The notes beneath the pieces were generated by a model. That model searched no databases and was not told the DNA's origin. It saw only the letters and a program-made list of their open reading frames with translations. 64,000 bases of DNA from Sphagnum compactum (Eukaryota): the NCBI GenBank assembly GCA_965153455.1, contig OZ234493.1, forward strand, positions 186,001 to 250,000, written 5' to 3'. A program made the position numbers and the translations under genes. This document shows positions 51,941 through 64,000 of the stretch, piece after piece; positions within the stretch are counted from its first letter, which is position 1, and each line of letters begins with the position of its first letter.

Positions 51941-52765
51941 TACAAGAGATACCAAACTACATGGAAGTACCAACTAAGTGAGCAAGTCATTCTTTTTCCT
52001 ATCAAGCACCTAAAAAGACACTTTACAACATTGACATATTCATCTTTCATAAGAATCCATTGAGTTAATTGAAAATGGAACTTTGTCAATTCCTAGAAAG
52101 CTTTGGATCCTAAAAGATCACATGCTTGCAAACAATAATAATCCTCACCACCCCTCTTTGTCAATTTGTGTGAAGGAAAAAGAAAAAGACAGAAAACCCA
52201 AAACTTGCAATATTGTCAATATTCAATTCATCTAGTTCTAAATCATATGTGGTTCCTATTGGGTTCCAAACTTAGTGACAGTGTTTGTGGATATTTATTC
52301 AACCTTCTTCCTCTCTCTACATTCTAGACATTTCCACAATTCCAGAATTCATTCAATGTCTGTCAGAAAGGGTCATGAGAATGGGTAGGTACCAGTCTCA
52401 ATTTGAATGGCACCCCCCCATTTGTCTCCCCTCAAACCGGGTGGCCCCACTCGATGTTCAAATTAATCTCCTTGTAGCCGCATTCCATTTGTCTGTTTCC
52501 TGGTCTTCTGTCAGTAAAGATGGAGGTAATGGTAAGGAAATCTAGAACCCTTTGAAATATGGAGAGAACTATCTCTATGAGACTGCAGAGAAAACTCTAC
52601 AATTGAGAAATAGAGAAAACTCTGTGATTGAGAAATAGCAAGTGTGGACAACTGGAGATGGGTTTTGCACAAGAAAAGCTTTTGAAAGCTCCTCTCTTCC
52701 CCCCTCCCCCCCAAAGATTTCCTTGAATAATTAAGAACCCATTGTGAAAGCTTCACAAAAGAGTG

Positions 52766-55700
52766 CTACAACTCTGATGCGGTCTCTCTAATTGTAGAGC
52801 TGGTTGTTGTGGTTTCGGTCACATCTATCGTATTATCCACTTGTGGGTCCTCTTCATGCAAAACTTGGTAATTATCCACGGGCATGGAGCTGCCTGACAT
52901 GGAGCTAGGAGGTATAAAATGTTGACTTTCTATCCTGGCGGTGAATTGCCGAGCCTCTTCATCAAGTCCCACCCACTCTGGCACAATACGTCTTGCACCC
53001 TAGTCATGGTAATAGGATGACAACATAGTCAGAACCCTTTCATATATATATATACATATAAAATGTGTGCAGAATGCCTTCAACATGCGAGAAATTGTAA
53101 CACTATATACAATGAGCAAGAACTGACATTTCATGAGGTAGGTAAGTATGTTTAGAGACAACCCCACCTCAAGTTTTGGTTCTTTTGTCATTGGGTTGTT
53201 GCAAAGGTCAATGGTTTTGGCATATGCCTTGGTGGCATTTCCACACCACGACTCACACCATAGCCACTGTTGCGGGAGTGAAAATATAGGTACTGTGTGC
53301 TGAGCATAATTCGGCAAATCCTGGACATTCAGATCAATAAAAGCATCAAGACCCAAACACTCAAGAACTTGGGTTTATTTTTCGCAGCTACAAATGGAAT
53401 ATGAGACTAATGCATTTTGAGGTTTGTGTAATATAAACACAAAGTGTTTAGAGTGAGACTGACCTGGTCTAGGTTGGATAGGCTGTTCGGGTCCTTGCTG
53501 AGACTTTCATAATAAACCCGCAAGTTGTCTCCGGCAGCAGACTTGCGGAACCTCACAAGATCAACTACATATAAAGCACTGTCTCCATTTTCAAGGTCAC
53601 CCACAAACAACCCCATGAAGTTCTGAGTAAGCCACTAAATGGATAGCCAGTAGAAAAAATTTGTGAGCGCACATTCACTGACAATCAAGCATAATCATAA
53701 CTGGTGCCAAAGCAGTCAGCAGAGATTGCAGAGAGTGCAGAGAGTGCAGTTCTTTTCTCCAAGTTACTCATTCAACCAAATCAGAAAAACCATAGCTTAG
53801 GTATATTGTAGACACCTGATATGGTAAGGCTTTCCTTGCAAGTGGTCCCTCCAGAAACCCTGTATGATCATCCCAAAGTTTAGTTGACAGCCTCTTCCTA
53901 GCATTTTTCATTTTTCAAAGGCAATTGGGATCAAAAGTGCCACTAAGTGTATCAGCGTACCTACTCTGTACTGGGGACCCCACTTTCCTTCATAAAATTT
54001 TCAGCAAACCCAATTCTTGTATTCAGCCAAAAAAGAAAAGAAAAGAAAAGAAATGAACAATTTCAACCCCATACCTGGTTCCAAAAGCGGTATCCATCCA
54101 TCTCACGGTTGTTGTCACAGAAAGGGGTGTAAGCAAGTGGTCGCCCTCTTATGTCCATGTCATAAAGCTCCCCCATGTCGGTGCGGACTATTTGATCAGC
54201 GTCAACATAGATAACCTAGACATGAAATAGTACCAGAGAAAAACACAAACTTCTTAACAACTCAATCAAAGTAATACAAATCTTTGTTTGGTCACAGAAA
54301 GCATATGCTCAAGTTTGGTTCTGGGTTGGTTCTCAGGTGCTACAACAAAATAGAGTCATAGTTTGCAGTTCAGTGGAACTGCAAGGACTCTGTAAAAAAT
54401 TAGTGCTAAAAAATTATCTCTGATAAAAATTCAGAACATTTTCACTAATGAGAAGGAAATCCATTGCACCTTTTTCAGAGAAAGAGGGAAAAGAACATCA
54501 AGGAACAAAATCTTATACGCCCAGATGATGCGCTGCTTCTCGCTTTGCTTGTGCAACCATGAGGGCCACTTGTATGTCACCAGATCGTATTCAAAACCAT
54601 ATTCTTGGGCCATGTGTGGAATCAAACCCTGCACCCTCCTCCTCCTGAGATTTTAAGGATTGGAGCATTTGGTATAAGACATGGTATATATGTATAATAC
54701 ATTTCCAATGGGTATAATATGTGTGGGTAGTATTTGTCTTTATTACCATACCATTGGCAACTTGAATCCAGAGGGGGAAAAAAAACTGGGATCCCACATG
54801 CCCTGGACAGTACCTTGAATTGCGGGGAGAGATAGTTTTTGATAAACCAAAATTTGACTGGCCGGCGTGTATTCTTCAGGACACTGAGCATCATAATCTT
54901 CAAGAATCGTTCATATCTGTCATGGAATTCATTATTTTCAAAACCCAAGAAAATCCTGCATTTCTTCTTAACGTATTGTACGGATATCTGCAATACTATA
55001 TGATTCAACATGTAGTACTCTATATACTCCATATGGTACACTTTGTATATACAATACATACTCTAGTTACTGGCTTAAAATGTTGAAACAATACTGAGTG
55101 AAACATCAAGAAGACCCATCAACATATCTCTCCAAAAACACACCTGTCAAGAAATACGGCATTACTCTTCATCTCTGTAAATCCTAAAACTCTAATGCCA
55201 ATTTAGAGAGTGGAGAGAGGAGAGACACAAAAAACTACTGAGCACATAATGATGCCACAAAAACACAAAGTTGCCATTTTCAACTTACAGGTGTCCAGAT
55301 GCAATTGAGAAGATATTGATGACTTCTCCAGACCTCACAATTTTGCTCGAACCATCTCCCTGGCATCATCATCACAACTGCACCCGTCTTACTACAACTC
55401 ATCCAACAGATAGAAGTGCAAGACCACCTCGGGTTTCACCAGATCTAAAGATTCCTTGTTACATTCGCACCCATTGATGCCCAGGTGTCTCAATTAGGTA
55501 TTAATTGAAGTAACCCAAAGCAACAGAAGAAACCAAGGAGTGCTGTGACAACAATAGTGACAGTCCCATGAATGTTCCTGTGACCTTCAACAGCAAAATG
55601 TACAGCAATTGACCAGCTATCTATCTTCATGTCCCAACTGTGAATGAAGGGAACTGATCAATGTCCCGAGCACTGCAAGAAGGGATCCATGTCCAGAGAA

Positions 55701-58700
55701 TTGCTGCCAGAAGGGATTCTGTCTGGAAAGAGAGATGGGTAGAGAGACCATTGAGGTGGAATTGGTTTTGATTCTTACCGAATTCATGTCATGTTTCGGC
55801 TCTGATGACTTACTTCCAAGTCCCAGTAACCCAGATGCCCATTGCAGAAATTTGTTCTTCTCAGTCTTCTTACCCTGCAAAAACACATGTGAAAAAACCT
55901 GGAAAATCAGGCTAAGTGCCATAAAAAAATACTTTGTGTTTAGGATCTAGGATTTTTATATGTTTAAAACATACTTAGGGATTAGGGTTTTTATATGTTT
56001 ACAGTACTTAGGGTTTTCAGGAAGTTCGTGCTATTTTGAATATCACAAAATAGGAAGACCATGCAGTTGTTCAAACATGAGATTATATTCTGTTGCAAAT
56101 TCCAGAGACAAGCTTCCACTCCAGGTGAATTGTTGAACATCAACTGGAACTGTACACAAAGGGGCTTAAAAAAGAGTTTACCTCAGGACGTATGTCATCC
56201 ATTTGACTGTTATCTGAGTCCAATATCTTCTCGCCTTCTTGGCCTTTCTTCTTCACAACCTTGAGGCGCACAGGTTGTCCTTGAAAGTCAGCAATGACAA
56301 TATGCCGGGTCAAAGATCCTTTGTCAGTCCCCTCATGAACACCACTCAGTGTATACAGCTCAGTCGATCGCCCAGCTGCAAGTGCTAAATTCCAGACGCC
56401 TGGAGCTGCCTTCAGCTGCCAGTATCCTAAGTTGGCCATCACAATCGTATCCACCATGTGTGGGTGCCCATTTGTTCCTAGTAACAGTTGAAGCCCTCGT
56501 GGAGGTTCATTGCTGTCAGGTTCTGAACAATGCCCTGTTTTGTCAAATCCCCAAAAAATAGCCAAAACAAATGAATCAAGCTCTAGAATCAAACCCACAT
56601 CAGATAAACTTCATGTGATAAACTGGTTGCAACCTGTACCCTTGGAAAACTGCTCCTCTTGAAACTGCTCACGTACCCATATCTTCAGTGCCATAGAAAC
56701 ATAGATCAAGACTTGCCTAGCACTTGAGTTACATAACACAGCGCATGTAGTGATTGCCAGCATCTAGGGAGGGGTTGGAGATGGTTTTTGAACACTATTT
56801 TGAGAGAAATTCTCACCCACCTGTAAGCACCAATGCTTCCAACTCGTAGACAGCATACATAGTCTTTGCATTCCCAAGTTTCTCAAGCACAATGTTGTCC
56901 AAGTCATGTCTGCAGAAAAAAAAACACATCACGCAACAAGTGAGATGGATCACAAAAAAACTCACAAAAACATGAAGTTTTATTCACACAAAAAATATAC
57001 CCACAAAATGTACATAAAAGAAGACTGTATCTACAGACATGTCTGTAGTCTGAAGTGCAGACTACAGACATATCACTATCTGACATGCAGACTACAGACA
57101 TATTGGTATCTGAAGTGTAGACTAAAGACATACATCCTTACAAAGTGTTGAGTGTTGTGGACATCAGAAGCACATTGATTGATTTTCATATAATCAGAAT
57201 ATACTGATTTCACATTGAGAAACAGAAAGAAACTCACAGAGCAACAACGGACTCAACAAGCCAAGGTTCCGGAACATCGAGGTTCATAGTCAGAGTGCGA
57301 GAAGGTGGCATATTGGAAAACAGTGCAAAGGGTCCTGGTGTAAGGGCACCCTCTGCTGTGTACACATCCTGTGCAGAAATCAAAGCTCCACAAAATCATG
57401 ATTTGTAGAAGTTCTACAAAGTGTTTTAAAACCACATGCATCTGTAGTTGTAAGAGCATGCAGGACCCATGAGAGAGATGTTTGCAGGCGTCATCACATG
57501 TGTTCGCAAGGAGGTCAACACTGCATAGGTGAAAAAAAGATCCAATTTCCATCTTACTGTGAAAGTGAGAGAACAAAATACCTTTGTGGGTATGACAAAG
57601 CGGTAGAAATTCTTCAAAGGCAAATCAGCCAACGAGTTCTGCATGTAGAAGAAGGAGCCACACACCTGACACCTGTTAGATCTATATATAAGTGGATGAT
57701 TCCAGAATTTCAGTGTTCACTGGGGAGCCTTAAAAATCTTGTTTGCAACAGTGATGAGGAAGGAATGAAGGGAACACACAGAGTTGCTTTTTGTGAAGGG
57801 AAAAAAAAGTGCTTGCCATTGGGTTTAAGATGATCCGCATGCTTGGTTGAATCCAGTCTTGGAGTAACACAAGGAAAGGCGTGATCTTTTGCCCAGCTGA
57901 ACTGAGAGGATCGATAACCGCATCCACATGGATCGGCGAGTTCTCAACTTCTCGGATGATTGCACTTTTTCCAGTTGACAATGTTCCCCACGCACCGAGA
58001 CAGCCCAATCCGTTTTTCTTTATTAAAAAAAACTCCAGATTTACCAGATAATCTACATCCAGATATTTCTTACTGGTAATCAATCTACAGAAAAATTGCT
58101 GTACCCATGAAGTAAGTTGCGTGCACAAGCTACCGAGGTGACAAACCTGTGATCAGCTTTCAGTAATCCAAAGCGAACAGTCTCACTGCTTCTGGAGCGG
58201 GTAGACATAGAAGATGACACTGCCATGACCACTGTACTCAAAAACTCACTGCAAAAATCACACCCACAGTATATGAGTATTATCACTCTTAGTCATCAGG
58301 ATTGTATTTTCCATTCAGCTGCTATCAGGTTGTGATGTTTCTTCATTGTGAATAGCTCAACAATCTAGCATTGAATTGTGTGCTGATTCTTAAATCAACA
58401 AACACCTGGTGAGGTCGTCAGGCTCAACACTCTCCCACTCGATTTTCTCGACAAGTTCTTCCACTGGCTTCACCCGCTTGTCATACTCCACTGTCTCCAA
58501 AAGCAGAAAATCTTCGGCTACAAAGTACTTTCCTTCTTCTTGTATAAATACCTGAATGCCATTTCCATCCAGCCACCCAAAACTCTCTTCTTGCCTTAAG
58601 CCATTCCCATCCAGCCACCCAAACTCTCTTCTTGCCTTCAAATGCCGTGAAGGCATGAAAGGCAAAAAATAAAATAAAATTTCCAAACACGGTTTTGACA

Positions 58701-61700
58701 AGAGAGAGAGAAGACAACAGAAGTGACAAGTACCTGTCCATTAGTGATTACAGCATCCACACCTGGTTTGAGACCAAAAACTCTTGAAAGGAAGTTTCCT
58801 TCCTGCAACCCAAAACCAGCATTTCACCATCAAAACTCAAAAGTTCAGGCAAATTTTCCACTGACCCCATCCATAGGGGTTCTTCTAAAACTCAATAAAA
58901 AAGGTTACCAAAAGCAGAACCTCATCATACATCTTCTGTACTTCAGTATAGAATCAAAAGTGGCATTTCAGGACTCAATGTGCAGTAGCCAGACATGCTA
59001 TATACCTACCTATGCCCAGTGTTTCCGGGGGGAAATGTAGCAATTTTTTTTACCTCTGAAATCTGATCAAGAGCAGCCTGTTGGGAGGAAGGGGAAGCAA
59101 TGGCGTCTTTGAAGTCAGCAATCCGCAGTCCCATTTCATCAGCAAGTTTCACAACTTCTTGCACCACTTCATCCTCTGATTTTCCTTGACTCAGTGGCAG
59201 GTTGTGGATCACCTTGTTAAGTGTCAGCAACCTCTGCAAGAAGGGCACAACCTTTGCCCGCCTACTGCTGTTCAACTCAGTTCTTTTGGACCAAGAACAT
59301 GGAATTTGTATGAATGAATCCAAAGGGGCCATCTTTAGAAATACCCGATAACCTCATTACACTATGGATGCATTTGCCTTGGTAGGCTTCACAGTACAAG
59401 GTCCAGACGTCCACACAACCGGGTTCATAACATACCTTGGAGATTGGGTTGCCACCATCACAATCTGTGTCAAGAGTGAAGGCTCTAATTCACTTCTCTT
59501 GCTGTTGTGTAGAATGCCGATCCTACCCTTCTTGGTACCACTTGACTGACAAGGAAGCCCAAAACATAAGATCAGTGACAAAGAAGTAAGTAACCCACCC
59601 CCCGTTGCAGATTCCACAATCTGCAAATTCCAAAATCTGAGATTCCAAAATCATAGAATCTCAAATTCTCAGCACCCAATTGACACAAACCCTTTAGAAT
59701 CCAGTCTGAAAACCAGCACTGGATTCATCAAGAAGTGATTTTCTGAATATCTGATGTGTTTGACTGAATATCTTCTTGGGTGAAGTGAATTGGGTGTCAG
59801 AATAGAAGGGTGTGTTTGGTTTTACGGTTCTTGTTGAGAGCTCTTACAAGGTGGTGGAGTGCTTGCTGCAGTAAATGGATACCAGCGCTTTTATGGATGT
59901 CGAGAGCCAGCCAATGTGTTACAGGCTTCACATCATCTTCAGCTGGGATTCATAAGCAACAAAAACAGCTGTGAAGTTTCTTCTGCAAAAGTATTATCCA
60001 TAGTCCATCGATGCTGCTGCTGAAACTCATAAAAGATGTGCAGCAAAACAACACTACACATAATTTAGACCCAGGAATTGCAAGGAGATAAAGAATTTCA
60101 CAAATTGTGCATGTTGGGTTCAAAGAATTTTTACTTCCAGGATGGTGGAGATACTGAAGCCTGGCAACAACTTGATCATTCTCAGCAATAGGAAGAGCTA
60201 GATCTACAAACTTGCGCTCTCCCTTTGGAGCCGCAACAATCTGTAGAAACAAACATCAGCAAATGTTACAGAAAAGGTATCTTTCATAAGAATAGAGAAA
60301 TCTCCATTCTCACGATGAAAAAGAAACGGCAAGGCTAACACTTCCTCAGGAAGCCACAGCAAGAACCAAACAAGGGGAGACAAAAAACAAACGAAAAACG
60401 AAAAACACACACCCGTATGAACAAAAGTGCCAGTCTCACACCTGTTCAGGGACCATCAACAGTAGTATGTATGATAGTGACTTAACTATCACAACTTCCC
60501 CACTGACTTCATGTTACAGAAAGGACCCAAAATTCACATATCCTCTGACTTGGTTGGTCCCAGGCAAATCTCCCTCATCAGGGAATCCAATTCATGGAGA
60601 AAAGAGAAGGAAGCAGAGAATCCATTGGACCTGGGGGTTGTAGCGAGGCTGTCCATTCTCAGAAAGCAAAAAATCAAGAACATCAGTGCGCTGGTTGATG
60701 GACCGGTAGTACACACCCTCTTGAATCTTCGGAAGCTCATCGTTCATTGCAGGAATAGCAGCTGTTTGCACCTGTGGTGGTCCGATGATATCAACAACTT
60801 GATTTTTTTTTCAAGACTTGTCACAAAAAAGTCTTGAAAAAAATAATCTGAACTTGACAATCAAGTTCTCTTAGGAGAAAAAACAAAAAAATCCCAACAG
60901 CTGAGAGAAGTTCAATTTCCGAATTTGCTAATTTGGTCTGAACTTGAGTATGCTACTACACAATCAGTAATGAAGTCAGAACAACTTGATGGGTGGTTTG
61001 GTTGATTGCCTTCACATCCTTCTTCTGCAGTTGCACATTATGGAACTGATCATAGCAATATCTGTAAACCATTTGATTACAAGGATGATAAGTCCTGCTA
61101 CATCAGGTACCTGATTGGGTCCATAGACGACACCATTCATAAGGAGGCATGGGTGCATCTTAGACAGCCCCAACTTGTCTACAAAACCTGAGCTTTCAAC
61201 TGCCTGTTTCTTATAAGCATCCCCGATCAGTAGCTCCTCCAAGTGTGTTGTTGCCTTATTACTGACTTCTTTCCCCTTCGTTCTGGAGCACAGACAGCAA
61301 AATCACCAGTATCTAAGGCATCGTCATCATCAAGCCACCATAAAATCTTATCCCACCCACCCATTCATAAAACTCCAAACGACACTTTCTACAGTCCTCA
61401 ATCAAAACAGATTGTTCATTTTTTGTGCTGACAAACCAACCTCATGAACTCAGAGAAAGCATCCTCCACATGGCTCATCTCCACAGGTTCATTCTCCTCC
61501 TCCGCTTCTCCGCCCCAAGCTACACGTAACTGCATGGTGAAAAGCACATTCCAGTTACTATAACACATCTAGAATATTAGGTCAAGAGAGGTGTCACTGG
61601 ATTTCTCTTGCAGCGTTATCAAGCGTAACTGGAGATTCACATGAAACCCACATAACAAGGAGAAGTGACACTGCACTCTTACACTGTTCAAGAGTGAGAA

Positions 61701-63941
61701 AGCTGATTCCAGACCGTAATCCTCCTTCACCTGAAGGAACAATCGTATGACCTGCAAAAGCAAAACCATGCCATCAAGATATATCCAGCAGCTTCAGCAT
61801 CAGCATCGCCATCTAGAACTACAGAGAGACTATTGTTGTGCATTTTGCAGAGGAATCTACAATCCAGGGAATGGGTATGATGAGTCTTTCTACATGGTGA
61901 TGAGCACAAATTGCTTATGCCCAAATGCTTAAACCCTAAAGCATGAAAGCAGTCAGATACTCATTTGGCAGCAAAAATTGAAAAAACAGTGATCACAACA
62001 GTGGAAACTGGAAGGTGGAAACTTGGGAAGTTTTACCAAGGTGGAGAGGTCCTGTCTGTCATTGACATCTATGCCAGCCTCTCTCTTTTCTGATCCATCT
62101 TCTATCAAAGAGTTTTCTTCGAAAGCTTCACTCTGTTCCAGTGCCTTTGCGGATAAGAGAATGACCCCAAAACGTATTGGTACATTGCTTGAATGCAAAT
62201 AAAACATGTTTTCCAACGCCTGGAAAAAATGCACAAACAACCCACCTTTCTCATCACAGATAGAACAGGTCAATCTTTACAATTTCATACTTTCAGACAA
62301 GTGCACATTGCCTAGTTGTTGCACATGGCGTAGGCCTTGCATATGACATAGTCATTGCAACACCAACTTCAAATTACGCACCCAATTACACAAAAACTCA
62401 GACATCATTAGCACTGTTGAGAAAGAAATGGGACCACTTGCCAGAAGCCCATCAGAGGATGCCGGGTCAACTATGTAGATTGCATGAAACAGATTCTTGC
62501 GTATACTGCGCATCTGCCCTGGAAATACAGGCATAAGCAGCTGCATCACCCAAAGCCAGGTGTTGCACATCAAATGCCAGTGAGACAACCCACCACCGCC
62601 ACGTTTCTTCCAGTCTGTTCTTTTTGCAAAATTGCTGAACCCTAAAAGCTGTAAATTGCTAAATTCTAAACCCTAGCCCAACTGACAGTAGACTGACTTC
62701 CCCAGGAACAACAATCCCTGAAAACTTGGGTCCTTAATTACGCAAGCACAACAGAAAACATGTTTGTTATGGGTATGGCATGCACAAATGACTGACCTCG
62801 TTCAGATTGGTACGCCACCGTTTGTATCTTTGGTCCTCTTCAATGTTGTTCAGGTAGTGGACGTGTTCTGTGGATCGGAAGTCCAACCGAGTTCCGCCCT
62901 GCTCTGATGGCTCGGGGAGCTGTAGAAACTGTCTCACAACACGTTGCGGAATCTGCAACCCCACCCCCACCACACCCACCCTTTCAATACTTCTTCATTT
63001 GGAAATTAGATTCAGGTGTCAAACTGCCACGCCGGACTAGAAACGAAACCCACAATACGTGAGGAAATTGTCACCTTGATTGAGGTGATGCTGCTGGCTA
63101 AAGACAGCTCTCCTTGCACAAGATCTATTAACCTGACGAAACAAGCCCATCATCATCCCCAGGCATAGTGAGAAAACACTATCTTGGACATTTTCTTTCA
63201 TTGAAGTGAACAAATTTAAGAGAAAAAGGGATGCCTTACGAGAAAATATCAACAGTTTCCAAACTGATGAGAGCTCCATTGATAGCCACCAGATTCTTGC
63301 CCGGTGGTAGCATCTGTTGATTTGAAACAATCTCGTCTTTGATCGTCTCATTCACCTGCAGAGATCCAACAAGAGCATGGGACCACAGTTCCATCAATAT
63401 GGACCCATTGTAAATCTTGAACTGTGCCAGTGATTATGATAGTCACAATTATTAGTCTTGAGTTTCATCAAGAAAAAAAAAACTATTACTAAATTGATCA
63501 GAAAAGAAAAGCCACAAAACAGGACCTGCATGCGGGACAGTGATGAAACCAAATTGGGGAAGTTTTGGTTGATCTCTTGCATCAATTTGAGTGGCTCCGA
63601 TGCTCTGATAATACGTTGTGCTGTTTGATACCCTAAATCTGCATTTCGACAAGCAGATGTCCTGAGTCATTTTTGGTCATTGTAAAAATCATGGATTTTC
63701 TTCTAATCCATCACCTCTGTAACCAATCCCAGTCTATCACATCATCTTGGCAAGCAAACCCATTGTTTTCTAAGCAGTCACCTAAGTGAGCAGGCACGTG
63801 TGACTTCTCTTATCCTGTTTGCACCCAAATATGAAGATTCACACCTTTGAGCTCCCAAACGTTCATAGTCTCAGCGACACCGGCAGAAAGCAAGTGGTCT
63901 CGGAAGGTCAGCAACTCTCCTGCAAGCTCGGGTTTACGTTC
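52766..63941 (-). CDS. UGGT: UDP-glucose:glycoprotein glucosyltransferase (GT24), 3' portion; 5' end beyond the window
   Basis: 32 frame-consistent exons from 63941-63845 down to 52999-52766. Motifs [81 protein letters not shown], Dx[42 protein letters not shown]-terminal ASEL resembles an ER-retrieval signal. Confidence 0.97.
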
Positions 63942-64000
63942 CTGTTCAGAACATTGTGCAGTTCAATCAAGCAGCTTGAATCATGTTCAGATACATCTTG

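Noticed and set aside
58559..58641. Apparent repeated peptide FGWLDGNG in UGGT
   Set aside because: A ~42-bp tandem duplication inside an intron; the exon starts at 58551.

Overview
Eukaryotic land-plant nuclear DNA, most likely a moss; Sphagnum-like is my inference from gene style and repeat families. Six protein-coding genes were reconstructed by hand with frame-consistent splice sites: chlorophyllide a oxygenase CAO (+, 8 exons), a tropinone-reductase-like SDR (+, 5 exons), a PLS-class DYW-type PPR RNA-editing factor (-), a NOT4-type C4C4 RING protein (-), an ALKBH9/ALKBH5-like dioxygenase (-, 7 exons) and the 3' 32 exons of UGGT (-, running off the window end). Intergenic DNA holds a degenerate Copia element with both LTRs, a truncated Gypsy, a hAT transposase remnant, a probable non-autonomous Helitron, a ~700 bp foldback and several palindrome-rich minisatellites. 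I found no CRISPR array, RNA gene or clearly new multi-gene system. The best leads are a readable PPR target code, an out-of-frame tail after the ALKBH9 stop, intronic inverted repeats flanking SDR exon 2, a hairpin array upstream of ALKBH9, a 54-bp satellite ending in an inverted unit, and non-canonical splice sites in UGGT.
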